Positions 14,511 through 28,044 of a DNA stretch of 64,000 bases are shown one piece after another. Positions within the stretch are counted from its first letter, which is position 1; each line of letters opens with the position of its first letter. The notes under the pieces are model-generated. The model worked only from the letters and a program-made list of their open reading frames with translations, had not been told where the DNA came from and ran no database searches. The stretch covers positions 6,324,001 through 6,388,000 of the forward strand of contig OZ024760.1 of assembly GCA_964016885.1 (NCBI GenBank), in the 5' to 3' direction. Origin of the DNA: Eledone cirrhosa. Taxonomy: Eukaryota. A program made the translations under genes and the position numbers.

Positions 14511-15544
14511 CGTTATCTTTCCTTCCCTGACTGAAATGATTTGACTGATATTTCTAGTGGCTCAAGTGTCCATGTAGTGGTTTTGCCACGGAATCAAACT
14601 AATTAGGTTTAATGGAAATGTAATTAGCATAGGTTAGACAAGGATCTTGAGAAAGCAATAACAACGTCGTTAGTTTATTAGGTAATATTGGTAACGATGA
14701 TATGGTGACTGTTAACGAGGAAGGGAATATTGTAAAATAATTTATATTGTCTGGCAAACACTAGAGATGGGAGTGGTGTGGGATGGAGGAGTGGGGTGAT
14801 GCTGATGCTGCTGGTGGTGATGATGGTGGTGGTGGTGGGTGGGGTGATGGTTGTGGAGTGGCAGTGGCAGTGGCGAAGGTATGGGCGGTGGTGAGAGTGG
14901 TGTTAGTTTTGGTAATGATGGTCGTGGTGGTGGTGGTGATGGTGGTGATGGGGGGGGGTGCTGTTTGTATAGATGGTAGTTTGGTGGTGGTGGTGATGGT
15001 AATGATGGTAGTTGTGGTGGTGGTTGTGAGATTGGTGGGGTTAGTGGTGGTGGTGGTGGCGATGATGGTGGTGGTGGTAGTGATGGTAGTGGTGGTGGTG
15101 GTGGTAGTGATGATGGTGGTTGTGAGATTGGTGGTGGTAGTGGTGGTGGTGGTGGTGGTGGAGAGTATTTCTGCAAGTGAAAAGAGCTAGCTATATATAT
15201 ATATTAATATTCATATCCATGTTCCTGGATATTGTTGAGGGAGGGAGGGAGAGGAGCAGGTATGTGGTGGGAGAGACAGAGAGAGAGAGAGAGAGAGGAA
15301 GGAAAGTATGCATGTGTGTGTGGGAGAGAAAGAGAAGGTGTGTGTGTGAGAGAGAGAGAGACCAAGAGTGGGAGAGAGAGAGAGAGAGAGAGAGAGACAG
15401 CAATAGAGTGGCAGATAGTATGGAAGAGAGGGAGAGAGAGAGAGAGAGCACAAGAGTGGGAGAGGGAACAAGAGGAAGTAGAGTGGGAGAGAGAGAAAGA
15501 GAGACTGGGGGAAAGAGCAAGAGAGTGAGAGAGAGTAAGAGAGA

Positions 15545-15985
15545 GGGGACAGGGAGAGAGAACACATGAGAGTGAGAGAGGGGGACAGGTACAGAGAGAG
15601 CACATGAGAGTGAGAGAGAGGGACAGGTAGAGAGAACACATGAGAGTGAGAGAGAGGGACAGGTAGAGAGAGCACATGAGAGTGAGAGAAGGGGACAGGT
15701 AGAGAGAACACATGAGAGTGAGAGAGAGGGACAGGTAGAGAGAGCACATGAGAGTGAGAGAGGGGGACAGGTAGAGAGAGAGAGCACATGAGAGTGAGAG
15801 AGAGGGACAGGTACAGAGAGAGCACATGAGAGTGAGAGAGAGGGACAGGTAGAGAGAACACATGAGAGTGAGAGAGAGGGACAGGTAGAGAGAGCACATG
15901 AGAGTGAGAGAAGGGGACAAGTAGAGAGAACACATGAGTGAGAGAGAGGGACAGGTAGAGAGAGCACATGAGAGTGAGAGAGAGG
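15545..15985. repeat. ~36-bp purine-rich minisatellite
   Basis: GGGACAGGTAGAGAGAGCACATGAGAGTGAGAGAGA units. Confidence 0.9.
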
Positions 15986-16191
15986 AGAAGGAGAGAGAGG
16001 GACAGGGAGAGAGGAGGAAGAGTAGGAGAGAGAGGAGGAGTGGGAGAGAGAGGAGGAGGAGTGGGAGAGAGAGGGGGAGAGCGTGATTGGAATTAATATA
16101 GGAAAATTGATTGTCACCTGAATTTAGCCAGTGGATATTGTATTGGAATTTTAATGTCTAACAATATCTTGCTTATTATATTTATGGACAA

Positions 16192-18200
16192 CATATGTTG
16201 GTGTATATATATGTTGGTGTATATATATGTTGGTGTGTATATGTTGGTGTGTATATATGTTGGTGGGTATATGTTGGTGTGTATATATGTTGGTGTGTAT
16301 ATATGTTGGTGTGTATATGTTGGTGTATATATATGTTGGTGTGTATATATGTTGGTGTGTATATATGTTGGTGTGTATATATGTTGGTGTGTATATATGT
16401 TGGTGGGTATATGTTGGTGTATATATGTTGGTGTGTATATATGTTGGTGTATATATATGATGGTGTGTATATATGTTGGTGTATATATATGATGGTGTGT
16501 ATATATGTTGGTGTATATATATGATGGTGTGTATATATGTTGGTGTGTATATATGTTGGTGTGTATATATGTTGGTGTGTATATGTTGGTGTATATATAT
16601 GTTGGTGTGTATATATGTTGGTGTGTATATATGTTGGTGTGTATATATGTTGGTGTGTATATATGTTGGTGGGTATATGTTGGTGTATATATGTTGGTGG
16701 GTATATGTTGGTGGGTGTATATATGTTGGTGTGTATATATGTTGGTGTGTATATATGTTGGTGTGTATATATGTTGGTGTATATATATGATGGTGTGTAT
16801 ATATGTTGGTGTATATATATGATGGTGTGTATATATGTTGGTGTGTATATGTTGGTGTATATATATGTTGGTGTGTATATATGTTGGGGTGTATATATGT
16901 TGGTGTATATATATGTTGGTGTATATATATATGTTGGTGTATATATATGTTGGTGTGTGTATGTTGGTGTATATATGTTGGTGTGTATATATGTTGGTGT
17001 ATGTTGGTGTGTGTATATGTTGGTGTGTATATGTTGGTGTGTATATGTTGGTGTATATATATGTTGGTGTGTATATATGTTGGTGTGTATATATGTTGGT
17101 GTGTATATGTGTAGGTGTGTATATGTTGGTGTGTATATGTTTGTGTGTATATGTTGGTGTATATATGTTGGTGTGTATATGTTGGTGTATATATATGTTG
17201 GTGTGTATATATGTTGGTGTATATATATGTTGGTGTGTATATATGTTGGTGTATATATATGTTGGTGTGTGTATATGTTGGTGTATATATGTTGGTGGGT
17301 ATATGTTGGTGGGTATATGTTGGTGTATATATGTTGGTGTATATATATGTTGGTGTATATATGTTGGTGTATATATGTTGGTGTATATATGTTGGTGTAT
17401 ATATGTTGGTGTGTATATGTTGGTGGGTATATGTTGGTGGGTGTATATATGTTGGTGTGTATATCTGTTGGTGTGTGTATATGTTGGTGTGTGTATATGT
17501 TGGTGTGTATATATGTTGGTGTGTATAGATGTTGGTGTATATATGTTGGTGTGTATATCTGTTGGTGTGTGTATATGTTGGTGTGTGTATATGTTGGTGT
17601 GTATATATGTTGGTGTGTATAGATGTTGGTGTATATATGTTGGTGTGTATAGATGTTGGTGTATATATGTTGGTGTATATATGTTGGTGTATATATATGT
17701 TAGTGTGTATATATGTTGGTGTATATATGTTGGTGTATATATGTTTGTGTGTATATGTTGGTGTATATATGTTGGTGTATATATGTTGGTGTATATATGT
17801 TGGTGTATATATATGTTGGTGTGTATATATGTTGGTGTGTGTATATGTTGGTGTATATATGTTGGTGTGTATATGTTGGTGTATATATGTTGGTGTATAT
17901 ATGTTGGTGTGTATTTGTTGGTGTATATATATGTTGGTGTATATATGTTGGTGTATATATGTTGGTGTGTATATGTTGGTGTATATATGTTGGTGTATAT
18001 ATGTTGGTGTGTATATATATGTTGGTGTGTATATATATGTTGGTGTATATGTGTTGGTGTGTATATATATGTTGGTGTATATATATATATATATATATGT
18101 GCATGTGTCTGTGTGTGTATATATGTTGGTAATATATATGTTGGTGTATATATAAATGTTGGTGTGTATATATGTTAGTGTATATATATATGTTGGTATA
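16192..18200. repeat. 14-16-bp minisatellite
   Basis: ATATGTTGGTGTGTAT units. Confidence 0.95.
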
Positions 18201-18309
18201 TATATATATATATATATATCACATAAGAAACGGAGAATCAATTATATATATGTCTGTGTGTATGTATGTATATCTTGCTTATTATATTTGTAGACAACAT
18301 ATGTTGGTG

Positions 18310-18340
<31 letters not shown>

Positions 18341-18369
18341 TTTATGTCCACTTTTCCCTGCTTGAAAGG

Positions 18370-18407
<38 letters not shown>

Positions 18408-18426
18408 ATGTATATGTATATATATT

Positions 18427-18465
<39 letters not shown>

Positions 18466-18484
18466 ATGTATATGTATATATATT

Positions 18485-18543
<59 letters not shown>

Positions 18544-18685
18544 ATGTATATATATATTGGTATATATATATATATGTGTGTGTATGTATGTATGTGTGTT
18601 ATATTTGTGGACACTTGTTTGTTTGTGTGTATGTATATATATATATATATATATATATACATGGATATATATGTATATATATATA

Positions 18686-18750
<65 letters not shown>

Positions 18751-18798
18751 CGAAGGGAATGAGGTAAGGAACCAGATGGACCATAATGCACCAGAGTA

Positions 18799-18833
<35 letters not shown>

Positions 18834-18929
18834 ACACATTTAGGTGTGTGTGTGTATATATTTATATATGTCTAGGTCTATATATGTGTATATTTATGTT
18901 TGTCTGTATATCTACGCACACACACACAG

Positions 18930-18984
<55 letters not shown>

Positions 18985-19055
18985 GTCATCATATGGTTTC
19001 CATTATTGCGAGGAGAAATATGAAGCCTATAGTTATCCCCCCCCCCACCCGGCTC

Positions 19056-19765
19056 AATAAATATATATGTGTGAATGTGTGTGAGAGTGTATACACACTC
19101 TAACATAAATATATATGTGTGAATGTGTGTGAGAGTGTATACACACTCTAACATAAATATATATGTGTGAATGTGTGTGAGAGTGTATACACACTCCAAC
19201 ATAAATATATATGTGTGAATGTGTGTGAGAGTGTATACACACTCTAACATAAATATATATGTGTGAATGTGTGTGAGAGTGTATACACACGCCAACATAA
19301 ATATATATGTGTGAATGTGTGTGAGAGTGTATACACACGCCAACATAAATATATATGTGTGAATGTGTGTGAGAGTGTATACACACGCCAACATAAATAT
19401 ATATGTGTGAATGTGTGTGAGAGTGTATACACACGCCAACATAAATATATATGTGTGAATGTGTGTGAGAGTGTATACACACTCTAACATAAATATATAT
19501 GTGTGAATGTGTGTGAGAGTGTATACACACGCCAACATAAATATATATGTGTGAATGTGTGTGAGAGTGTATACACACTCCAACATAAATATATATGTGT
19601 GAATGTGTGTGTGAGAGTGTATACACACGCCAACATAAATATATATGTGTGAATGTGTGTGAGAGTGTATACACACGCCAACATAAATATATATGTGTGA
19701 ATGTGTGTGAGAGTGTATACACACTCTCACATAAATATATATGTGTGAATGTGTGTGTGAGAGTG
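19056..19765. repeat. 48-bp minisatellite (~15 units)
   Basis: ATAAATATATATGTGTGAATGTGTGTGAGAGTGTATACACACGCCAAC units. Confidence 0.95.
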
Positions 19766-19857
19766 TAAATGTGTGTGTGTGTATGTTCATGTACCAATAA
19801 CAGTATTTTGGTAGAGTCATTTTTGCTATTTACAAACATAATTGCTTATATATATAT

Positions 19858-19889
<32 letters not shown>

Positions 19890-20005
19890 TTAATGTCCAT
19901 ATTCCACGCTTGCATGGGTTTATATATCTATGTATACACACACAGTTTTAGCAGACATTAAATGATGACACTGAAGATGATATATACCTATATATCTTTG
20001 TATAA

Positions 20006-20052
<47 letters not shown>

Positions 20053-20055
<3 letters not shown>

Positions 20056-20445
20056 AGGCACATGGCTTAGTGGTTAAAGCATTGGCCTTGCAATCGAAAG
20101 GTTGTGAGTTGTCCCAGACCGGGTGATGTGTTGTTTCCTTGAGCAAGACACTTTATTTCACATTGCTCCAGTTTACTCAGCTGTAGAAATGAGATGATAG
20201 GGACTGGGTCCATATCATACCACTGCAAAGTGGTCGTGGAGGTGTCACGGCAAAAAAAGCACCCAGCACTCACTGTAAATGAGGTTGGTGTTAGGAAGGG
20301 CATCCAGCTGTAGAAATCAAGCCAGAATCAGTTCCCATATGAACAAGACAAGGTCAGCCGACCGGACACTGCCCACAACAGGACAACCCGTCTAACCCAT
20401 GCTAGCGTGGAAGAACGGACGTAAAACGGTGATGATGGTGTGGTG

Positions 20446-20446
<1 letters not shown>
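20053..20446 (+). mobile_element. tRNA-headed SINE family B with RTE-derived tail
   Basis: A-box TGGCTTAGTGG, central CCTTGAGCAAGACACTTTATTTCACATTGCTCCAG, 3' half matches the UTR of the RTE at 46447-46747. Confidence 0.85.
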
Positions 20447-20481
<35 letters not shown>

Positions 20482-20534
20482 ATATATATATGTGTATAAA
20501 TATATATATGTATATATATATATATATATATATC

Positions 20535-20767
20535 AATCAGAATGGATGCAGTAAAAACCTGTTAGACCATTACTCACCAGAGTACTCAATACTTGGGGTA
20601 GTAGAGTGGGTAATATGAAGGATTTGGGACCCCGACGGCTGAGCTCTTGCTAGATTCGAACTCTAGCTTTTTGAAATGGCAGGAGCTTGGCTGTCAGGGT
20701 CCCGAATCTTTCATATATATGTATATATATGGCAGGGGCTTAGCCGTCAGGGTCCCGAATCTTTCAT
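20535..20767 (-). mobile_element. Diverged relative of fold-back family 1
   Basis: Shares GTACTCAATAC..GGGTAGTAGAGTGGGTAAT and GGACCCCGACGGCTGAGCTC; imperfect hairpin ~20614-20715; arm end duplicated at 20731-20767; (TA)n flanks. Confidence 0.6.
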
Positions 20768-20785
20768 ATATATATGTATATATAT

Positions 20786-20823
<38 letters not shown>

Positions 20824-21068
20824 GGAGTCTCCACTGCGACGCCAAGCAGTTCTGGCTTCTTGACGTCACACTCAGGATTATACGTATCTCTTTACCCACT
20901 CTGCATCTCTCTATGTATTGAGTACTCCCACGAATTGTGGACTCCCTATTCTCAGCACCATAGACTCTCTGTCTCCCACTGTCTCTCTCTTTCTCTCTGT
21001 CTCTCTCTCTCTCTCTGTCTCACTGTCTCTCTCTCACTGTTTCTCTCTCTGTCTCTCTCTCTCTCTCA

Positions 21069-21107
<39 letters not shown>

Positions 21108-21154
21108 ACTGTTTCTCTCTCTCTCTCTCACTTTCTCTGTGTCTCTCTCAATGC

Positions 21155-21231
<77 letters not shown>

Positions 21232-21233
<2 letters not shown>

Positions 21234-21412
21234 ACGAAGGAAATGTGGTAAGGAACCAGGTGGACCATAATGCACCAAAGTACTCAATACTTAGGGTAGT
21301 AGAGTGGGTAATAGGAACAAGTAGGACCCCGTTTCGACGGCTAATTCTGGACTAGAAGTCCAGAATTAGCCATCGAAACGGCTTGAGCTCAGCCGTCGGG
21401 GTCCTACTCGTT

Positions 21413-21417
<5 letters not shown>
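21232..21417 (-). mobile_element. (TA)n-embedded fold-back element, family 1, copy 3
   Basis: Reverse-complement copy flanked by (TA)n; one arm lacks ~18 nt corresponding to stem III. A tail-only fragment lies at ~18748-18802. Confidence 0.8.
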
Positions 21418-21466
<49 letters not shown>

Positions 21467-21676
21467 ATCATCGTTATGTCTTTTCACTACTACGTACGTG
21501 ATCAGGCTTCCTCACGGCCTCTGTTTACTAAAATATTTCAGAAAGAAGGAAGAAAGGCCTTGGTTGGCTCACGCCCACACTGGGTTCAATCCAACAGAGC
21601 GTAAGGATTACAAAGGGAAGTGGACTTCTTAACCATGCAGATATACCTTGCCATCTGCATCAGAATATCAAAGAAT

Positions 21677-24025
21677 GGTTGTGGTGGTGTTGGTGGTTGT
21701 GGTGGTGTTGGTTGTGGTGGTGTTGGTGTTGGTGGTTGTGGTGGTGTTGGTGTTTGTGGTGGTGGTGCTGGTGGTTGTGGTGGTGTTGGTTGTGGTGGTG
21801 TTGGTGTTGGTGGTTGTGGTGGTGTTGGTGTTTGTGGTGGTGGTGCTGGTGGTTGTGGTGGTGTTGGTTGTGGTGGTGGTGGTGTTGGTGGTTGTGGTGG
21901 TGTTGGTTGTGGTGGTGTTGGTGTTGGTGGTTGTGGTGGTGTTGGTGTTTGTGGTGGTGGTGCTGGTGGTTGTGGTGGTGTTGGTGTTGGTGGTTGTGGT
22001 GGTGTTGGTGTTGGTGGTTGTGGTGATGTTGGTTGTGGTGGTGTTGGTGTTGGTGGTTGTGGTGATGTTGGTTGTGGTGGTTGTGGTGATGTTGTTGGTG
22101 TTGGTGGTTGTGGTGATGTTGGTGTTGGTGGTTGTGGTGATGTTGGTTGTGGTGGTGTTGGTGTTGGTGGTTGTGGTGATGTTGGTTGTGGTGGTTGTGG
22201 TGATGTTGTTGGTGTTGGTGGTTGTGGTGGTGTTGGTTGTGGTGGTGTTGGTGTTGGTGGTTGTGGTGGTGTTGGTGTTGGTGGTTGTGGTGATGTTGGT
22301 TGTGGTGGTGTTGGTGTTGGTGGTTGTGGTGGTGTTGGTTGTGGTGGTGTTGGTGTTGGTGGTTGTGGTGGTGTTGGTTGTGGTGGTTGTGGTGATGTTG
22401 GTGGTTGTGGTGGTGTTGGTGTTGGTGGTTGTGGTGATGTTGGTTGTGGTGGTTGTGGTGATGTTGTTGGTGTTGGTGGTTGTGGTGGTGTTGGTGTTGG
22501 TGGTTGTGGTGGTGTTGGTGTTGGTGGTTGTGGTGATGGTGGTTGTGGTGATGTTGTTGGTGTTGGTGGTGGTGTTGCTGGTGGTTGTGGTGATGTTGTT
22601 GGTGTTGGTGGTTGTGGTGATGTTGTTGGTTGTGGTGGTGTTGGTGGTTGTGGTGGTGTTGGTTGTGGTGGTGTTGGTGTTGGTGGTTGTGGTGGTGTTG
22701 GTGTTGGTGGTTGTGGTGATGTTGGTTGTGGTGGTGTTGGTGTTGGTGGTTGTGGTGGTGTTGGTGTTTGTGATGGTGGTGCTGGTGGTTGTGGTGATGT
22801 TGTTGGTGTTGGTGGTGGTGTTGCTGGTGGTTGTGGTGATGTTGTTGGTGTTGGTGGTTGTGGTGATGTTGTTGGTTGTGGTGGTGTTGGTGGTTGTGGT
22901 GGTGTTGGTTGTGGTGGTGTTGGTGTTGGTGGTTGTGGTGGTGTTGGTGTTGGTGGTTGTGGTGATGTTGGTTGTGGTGGTGTTGGTGTTGGTGGTTGTG
23001 GTGGTGTTGGTTGTGGTGGTGTTGGTGGTGTTGGTGTTGGTGGTTGTGGTGATGTTGGTTGTGGTGGTGTTGGTGTTGGTGGTTGTGGTGATGTTGGTTG
23101 TGGTGGTTGTGGTGATGTTGTTGGTGTTGGTGGTTGTGGTGGTGTTGGTGTTGGTGGTTGTGGTGATGTTGGTTGTGGTGGTTGTGGTGATGTTGTTGGT
23201 GTTGGTGGTTGTGGTGGTGTTGGTGTTGGTGGTTGTGGTGGTGTTGGTGTTGGTGGTTGTGGTGATGGTGGTTGTGGTGATGTTGTTGGTGTTGGTGGTT
23301 GTGGTGGTGTTGGTGTTGGTGGTTGTGGTGGTGGTGGTGTTGGTGGTTGTGGTGATGTTGGTTGTGGTGGTGTTGGTGTTGGTGGTTGTGGTGGTGTTGG
23401 TGGTTGTGGTGGTGTTGGTGTTGGTGGTTGTGGTGATGTTGATGGTTGTGGTGATGTTGGTTGTGGTGGTGTTGGTGTTGGTGGTTGTGGTGGTGTTGGT
23501 GTTGGTGGTTGTGGTGATGGTGGTTGTGGTGATGTTGTTGGTGTTGGTGGTTGTGGTGGTGTTGGTTGTGGTGGTGTTGGTGTTGGTGGTTGTGGTGGTG
23601 GTGGTGTTGGTGGTTGTGGTGATGTTGGTTGTGGTGGTGTTGGTGGTTGTGGTGGTGGTGGTGTTGGTGGTTGTGGTGATGTTGGTTGTGGTGGTGTTGG
23701 TGTTGGTGGTTGTGGTGGTGTTGGTGTTTGTGGTGGTGGTGCTGGTGGTTGTGGTGATGTTGTTGGTGTTGGTGGTTGTGGTGATGTTGTTGGTTGTGGT
23801 GGTGTTGATGTTGGTGGTTGTGGTGGTGTTGGTGGTTGTGGTGCTGGTTGTGCTGGTGTTGTTGGTTGTGGTGATGGTGGTGATGTTGGCGGTTGTGGTG
23901 ATGTTGGTAGTTGTGGTGGTTGTGCTGGTGTTGTTGGTTTTGGTGGTGGTGGTTGTGGTGGTTGTGCTGGTGTTGTTGGTTGTGGTGGTGGTGGTGGTTC
24001 TGGTGGTGGTGGTGGTGGTGGTTGT
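21677..24025. repeat. 2.3-kb cryptic (GGT/GTT/TGT) trinucleotide satellite
   Basis: Open in most frames on both strands; higher-order internal duplications. Confidence 0.9.
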
Positions 24026-24080
24026 GTGGGGGTGGGGGGATGGGGAATAAATAAATAGATAACAAATAAAATACACATAT

Positions 24081-24787
24081 ATGAGCTGCTGGGCTGAAAG
24101 GTTCATAGGCTGACTATGAAGGAGTGATTTCAACTCTTCTTATTAATTAGTAACTGCTTTGTTTCTTTTCAGGGACTATGTTGAAAAATATACTTCATTT
24201 GGTCATTCCATGAGAGTATCTTGGTCATTGGATGACTAGTTGAAAAATAAACCTCATCTGGTCATTCCATGAGATTATCTTGGTCATAGGATGACTAGTT
24301 GAAAAATAAACCTCATTTGGTCATTCCATGAGAGTATCTTGGTCATAGGATGACTAGTTGAAAAATAAACCTCATTTGGTCATTCCATGAGAGTATCTTA
24401 GTCATAGGATGACTAGTTGAAAAATAAACCTCATTTGGTCATTCCATGAGAGTATCTTAGTCATAGGATGACTAGTTGAAAAATAAACCTCATTTGGTCA
24501 TTCCATGAGAGTATCTTGGTCATAGGATGACTAGTTGAAAAATAAAGCTCATTTGGTCATTCCATGAGAGTATCTTAGTCATTGGATGACTAGTTGAAAA
24601 ATAAACCTCATTTGGTCATTCCATGAGAGTATCTTAGTCATTGGATGACTAGTTGAAAAATAAACCTCATTTGGTCATTCCATGAGAGTATCTTAGTCAT
24701 TGGATGACTAGTTGAAAAATAAACCTCATTTGGTCATTCCATGAGAGTATCTTAGTCAGTCTATGAACTATTCAGCCAATCCTCGCA
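24081..24787 (+). mobile_element. Mariner-family deletion derivative with an internal 59-bp tandem repeat x10
   Basis: TIRs GGCTGAAAGGTTCATAGGCTGAC (24092-24114) / GTCAGTCTATGAACTATTCAGCC (24755-24777); GGGGACTATGTTGAAAAA-like GDYVEK transposase C-terminus remnant at ~24172. Confidence 0.75.
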
Positions 24788-25124
24788 AATTCCAATACCA
24801 ATAAGTCTTAAAACCAAAACTACAGCCCATAGTGTATTGGAGTAGATGAATATTTCAACATGTCTGTGTGTCAGTAATTTAACTTGCTGATATAGTAAAA
24901 CATAACAACAATACCATGAACATTTAACAATTAAATAGCTTTTGTCATTTTTATTCATTCAATGAGTTTTAACAGTTGCAGAAAAGTTCCACCATCACTG
25001 TTGCATAATTTTACCATTTTTTTTTTTGTTTAATTCTTTATTTTATTTTATATTTATATTTTTTTAAATTTTATTTTTTATTTTTTATTTTTCTTCTCCA
25101 AATTCCTTCCAATTTCTCTCTCTT

Positions 25125-25167
<43 letters not shown>

Positions 25168-25205
25168 CTGCTGAAATCTTCCAACTGCTCTCTCACTCTT
25201 TCTCT

Positions 25206-25248
<43 letters not shown>

Positions 25249-25965
25249 CTGCTGAAATCTTCCAACTGCTCTCTCACTCTTTCTCTTCTCGTGCTCTCTC
25301 TCTCTCTCCTGCTTTCTTGTTCTCTCTCTCCCGCTTTCGTGTTCTCTCTCTCTCTCCCGCTTTCTTGTTCTCTCTCTCTCTCTTCCGCTTTCTTGTTCTC
25401 TCTCTCTCTCCCGCTTTCTTGTTCTCTATCTCCCGCTTCCTTGTTCTCTATCTCCCGCTTCCTTGTTCTCTCCCTCTCTCTCTCTATCTATCTATCCTCC
25501 TCTCTCTCTCCATCTACTGAAATCTTCTAATTTCTCTCTTTCTCTCTCTTCCCCTGCCAAATCGTTTGTTCGTTCATGACTGGATTACTAATGAGTTATA
25601 GCCAAGTTTTATGTCTTTCAATTAATATTGGAAATAATGGGTGGGTGTCGGTGGAGGAGGAGGAGGTGGGCGTCAGTGGAGGAGAGGAAATTCAGGTGTT
25701 TAGTTAGTGTTCAGTGAAATAATGATCTTTGTGGCGTTATTGTTCAGCTACTTCTGTGAAATTTAACCCTTTTGTGATGATATTTCTAATGAAATACATC
25801 GGCTCGATTTGAATTGATTAACAAAGAAAGTTCAACGGATTTACTGAGATTCATTAATTATTACGATTGTAATTATATCAGGTTTTCCCATAAGTAATTT
25901 CTTGAATTTTGGTCAGAAAAACAAGTAATAAAATTTCACATTTTACTAAAAATTAGTCCTCTATT

Positions 25966-26114
25966 TACCATATTTCCCGGCGCCGAAGACGCTTTGTCCT
26001 CGAGGACGCACCCTAATTTTGACAACCAAAAATTTGCAAAAAATTATAAACAACCTTCGGCCTCTAGGACACATGCTAGATTTTTTAGACTTATTTTAGG
26101 AAAAAAGTAGCGTC
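25966..26114. mobile_element. pogo/Tigger-like MITE, right TIR truncated by a minisatellite
   Basis: Homologous to 8483-8872 without the SINE. Confidence 0.65.
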
Positions 26115-27697
26115 ACTTAGGTGACACATACACTAACTTAACTTAGATGACATATACACCAACTTAACTTAGGTGACATATACACTAATTTACTTAAGTG
26201 ACATATACACCAACTTAACTTAAATGTCACATAACCCAACTTAACTTAAGTGACATATACACTAACTTACTTAAGTGACATATACACTAACTTACTTAAG
26301 TGACATATACACCAACTTAACTTAAATGACATATACACCCACTTAACTTAGGTGACATCTACACCAACTTAACTTAGGTGACATATACACCCACTTAACT
26401 TACGTGACATATACACCAACTTAACTTAGGTGACATATACACCAACTTAACTTAAATGACATATACACCAACTTAACTTAGGTGACATATACACCAACTT
26501 AACTTAAATGACATATACACCAACTTAACTTAGGTGACATATACACCAACTTAACTAAGGTGACATATACACCAACTTAACTTGGGTGACATATACACCA
26601 ACTTAACTTGGGTGACATATACACCAACTTAACTTTATTGACACATACACCAACTTAACTTAGGTGACATATACACCAACTTAAATGACATATACACCAA
26701 CTTAACTTAGGTGACATATACACCAACTTAACTTAAATGACATATACACCAACGTAACTTAGGTGACATATACACCAACTTAACTTAGGTGACATATACA
26801 CCAACTTAACTTAGGTGGCATATACACCAACTTTACTTAGGTGACATATACACCAACTTAACTTAGGTGACATATACACCAACTTAACTTAGGTGACATA
26901 TACACCAACTTAACTTAAATGACATATACACCAACTTAACTTAGGTGACATATACACCAACTTAACTTAAATGACATATACACCAACTTAACTTAAATGA
27001 CATATACACCAACGTAACTTAGGTGACATATACACCAACTTAACTTGGGTGACATATACACCAACTTAACTTGGGTGACATATACACCAACTTAACTTAG
27101 GTGACATATACACCAACTTAACTTAGGTGACATATACACCAACTTAACTTAAATGACATATACACCAACTTAACTTAGGTGACATATACACCAACTTAAC
27201 TTAAATGACATATACACCAACTTAACTTAAATGATATATACACCAACTTAACTTAGGTGACATATACACCAACTTAACTTAAATGACATATACACCAACT
27301 TAACTTAGGTGACATATACACCAACTTAACTTAGGTGACATATACACCAACTTAACTTAGGTGACATATACACCAACTTAACTTAGGTGACATATACACC
27401 AACTTAACTTAGGTGACATATACACCAACTTAACTTAAATGACATATACACCAACTTAACTTAGGTGACACATACACCAACTTAACTTAGGTGACACATA
27501 CACCAACTTAACTTAAATGACATATACACCAACTTAACTTAGGTGACATATACACCAACTTAACTTAAATGACATATACACCAACTTAACTTAGGTGACA
27601 TATACACCAACTTAACTTAGGTGACATATACACCAACTTAACTTAGGTGACATATACACCAACGTAACTTAGGTGACATATACACCAACTTAACTTT
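26115..27697. repeat. 26-bp minisatellite (~60 units)
   Basis: Unit TTAACTTAGGTGACATATACACCAAC with AAAT/GGGT variants. Confidence 0.95.
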
Positions 27698-28044
27698 AAG
27701 AGTGAAGAATCTGAGGTGGTGGTCACATCCAACCAGACACAAAATACAGACAATCTAAAGAAGAAAGACAAAGTTTACCTCAGTGTAATTTGAATTAAGA
27801 GCTGAGAGGATATTTCACAGCCATGGCTGTGAAATATCCTCTCGTTGTTCCATCTCCTGACAGCTCCTCCCAACCCTCACACCACCACCACCACTACCCC
27901 CTATCCTATCCTATCCCCCCCAAAATCTAACTAGTTGTACTACTATTTACATTACTAATTTGACCACAGACAGAAAGTGATATATTAACATCTCTATCAA
28001 ACTATTTTGTCAGGAGTGGTTGACATTTATTTTTATACTATTCT

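Noticed and set aside
20053-20130. tRNA gene
   Set aside because: Only a tRNA-like SINE head; no complete cloverleaf, and it continues into a SINE body.
21586-24133. ~800-aa Pro/Thr/Gln-rich or Gly/Val/Cys-rich ORFs
   Set aside because: Open in five frames over a cryptic trinucleotide satellite with no non-repetitive domain; best explained as a repeat artefact.
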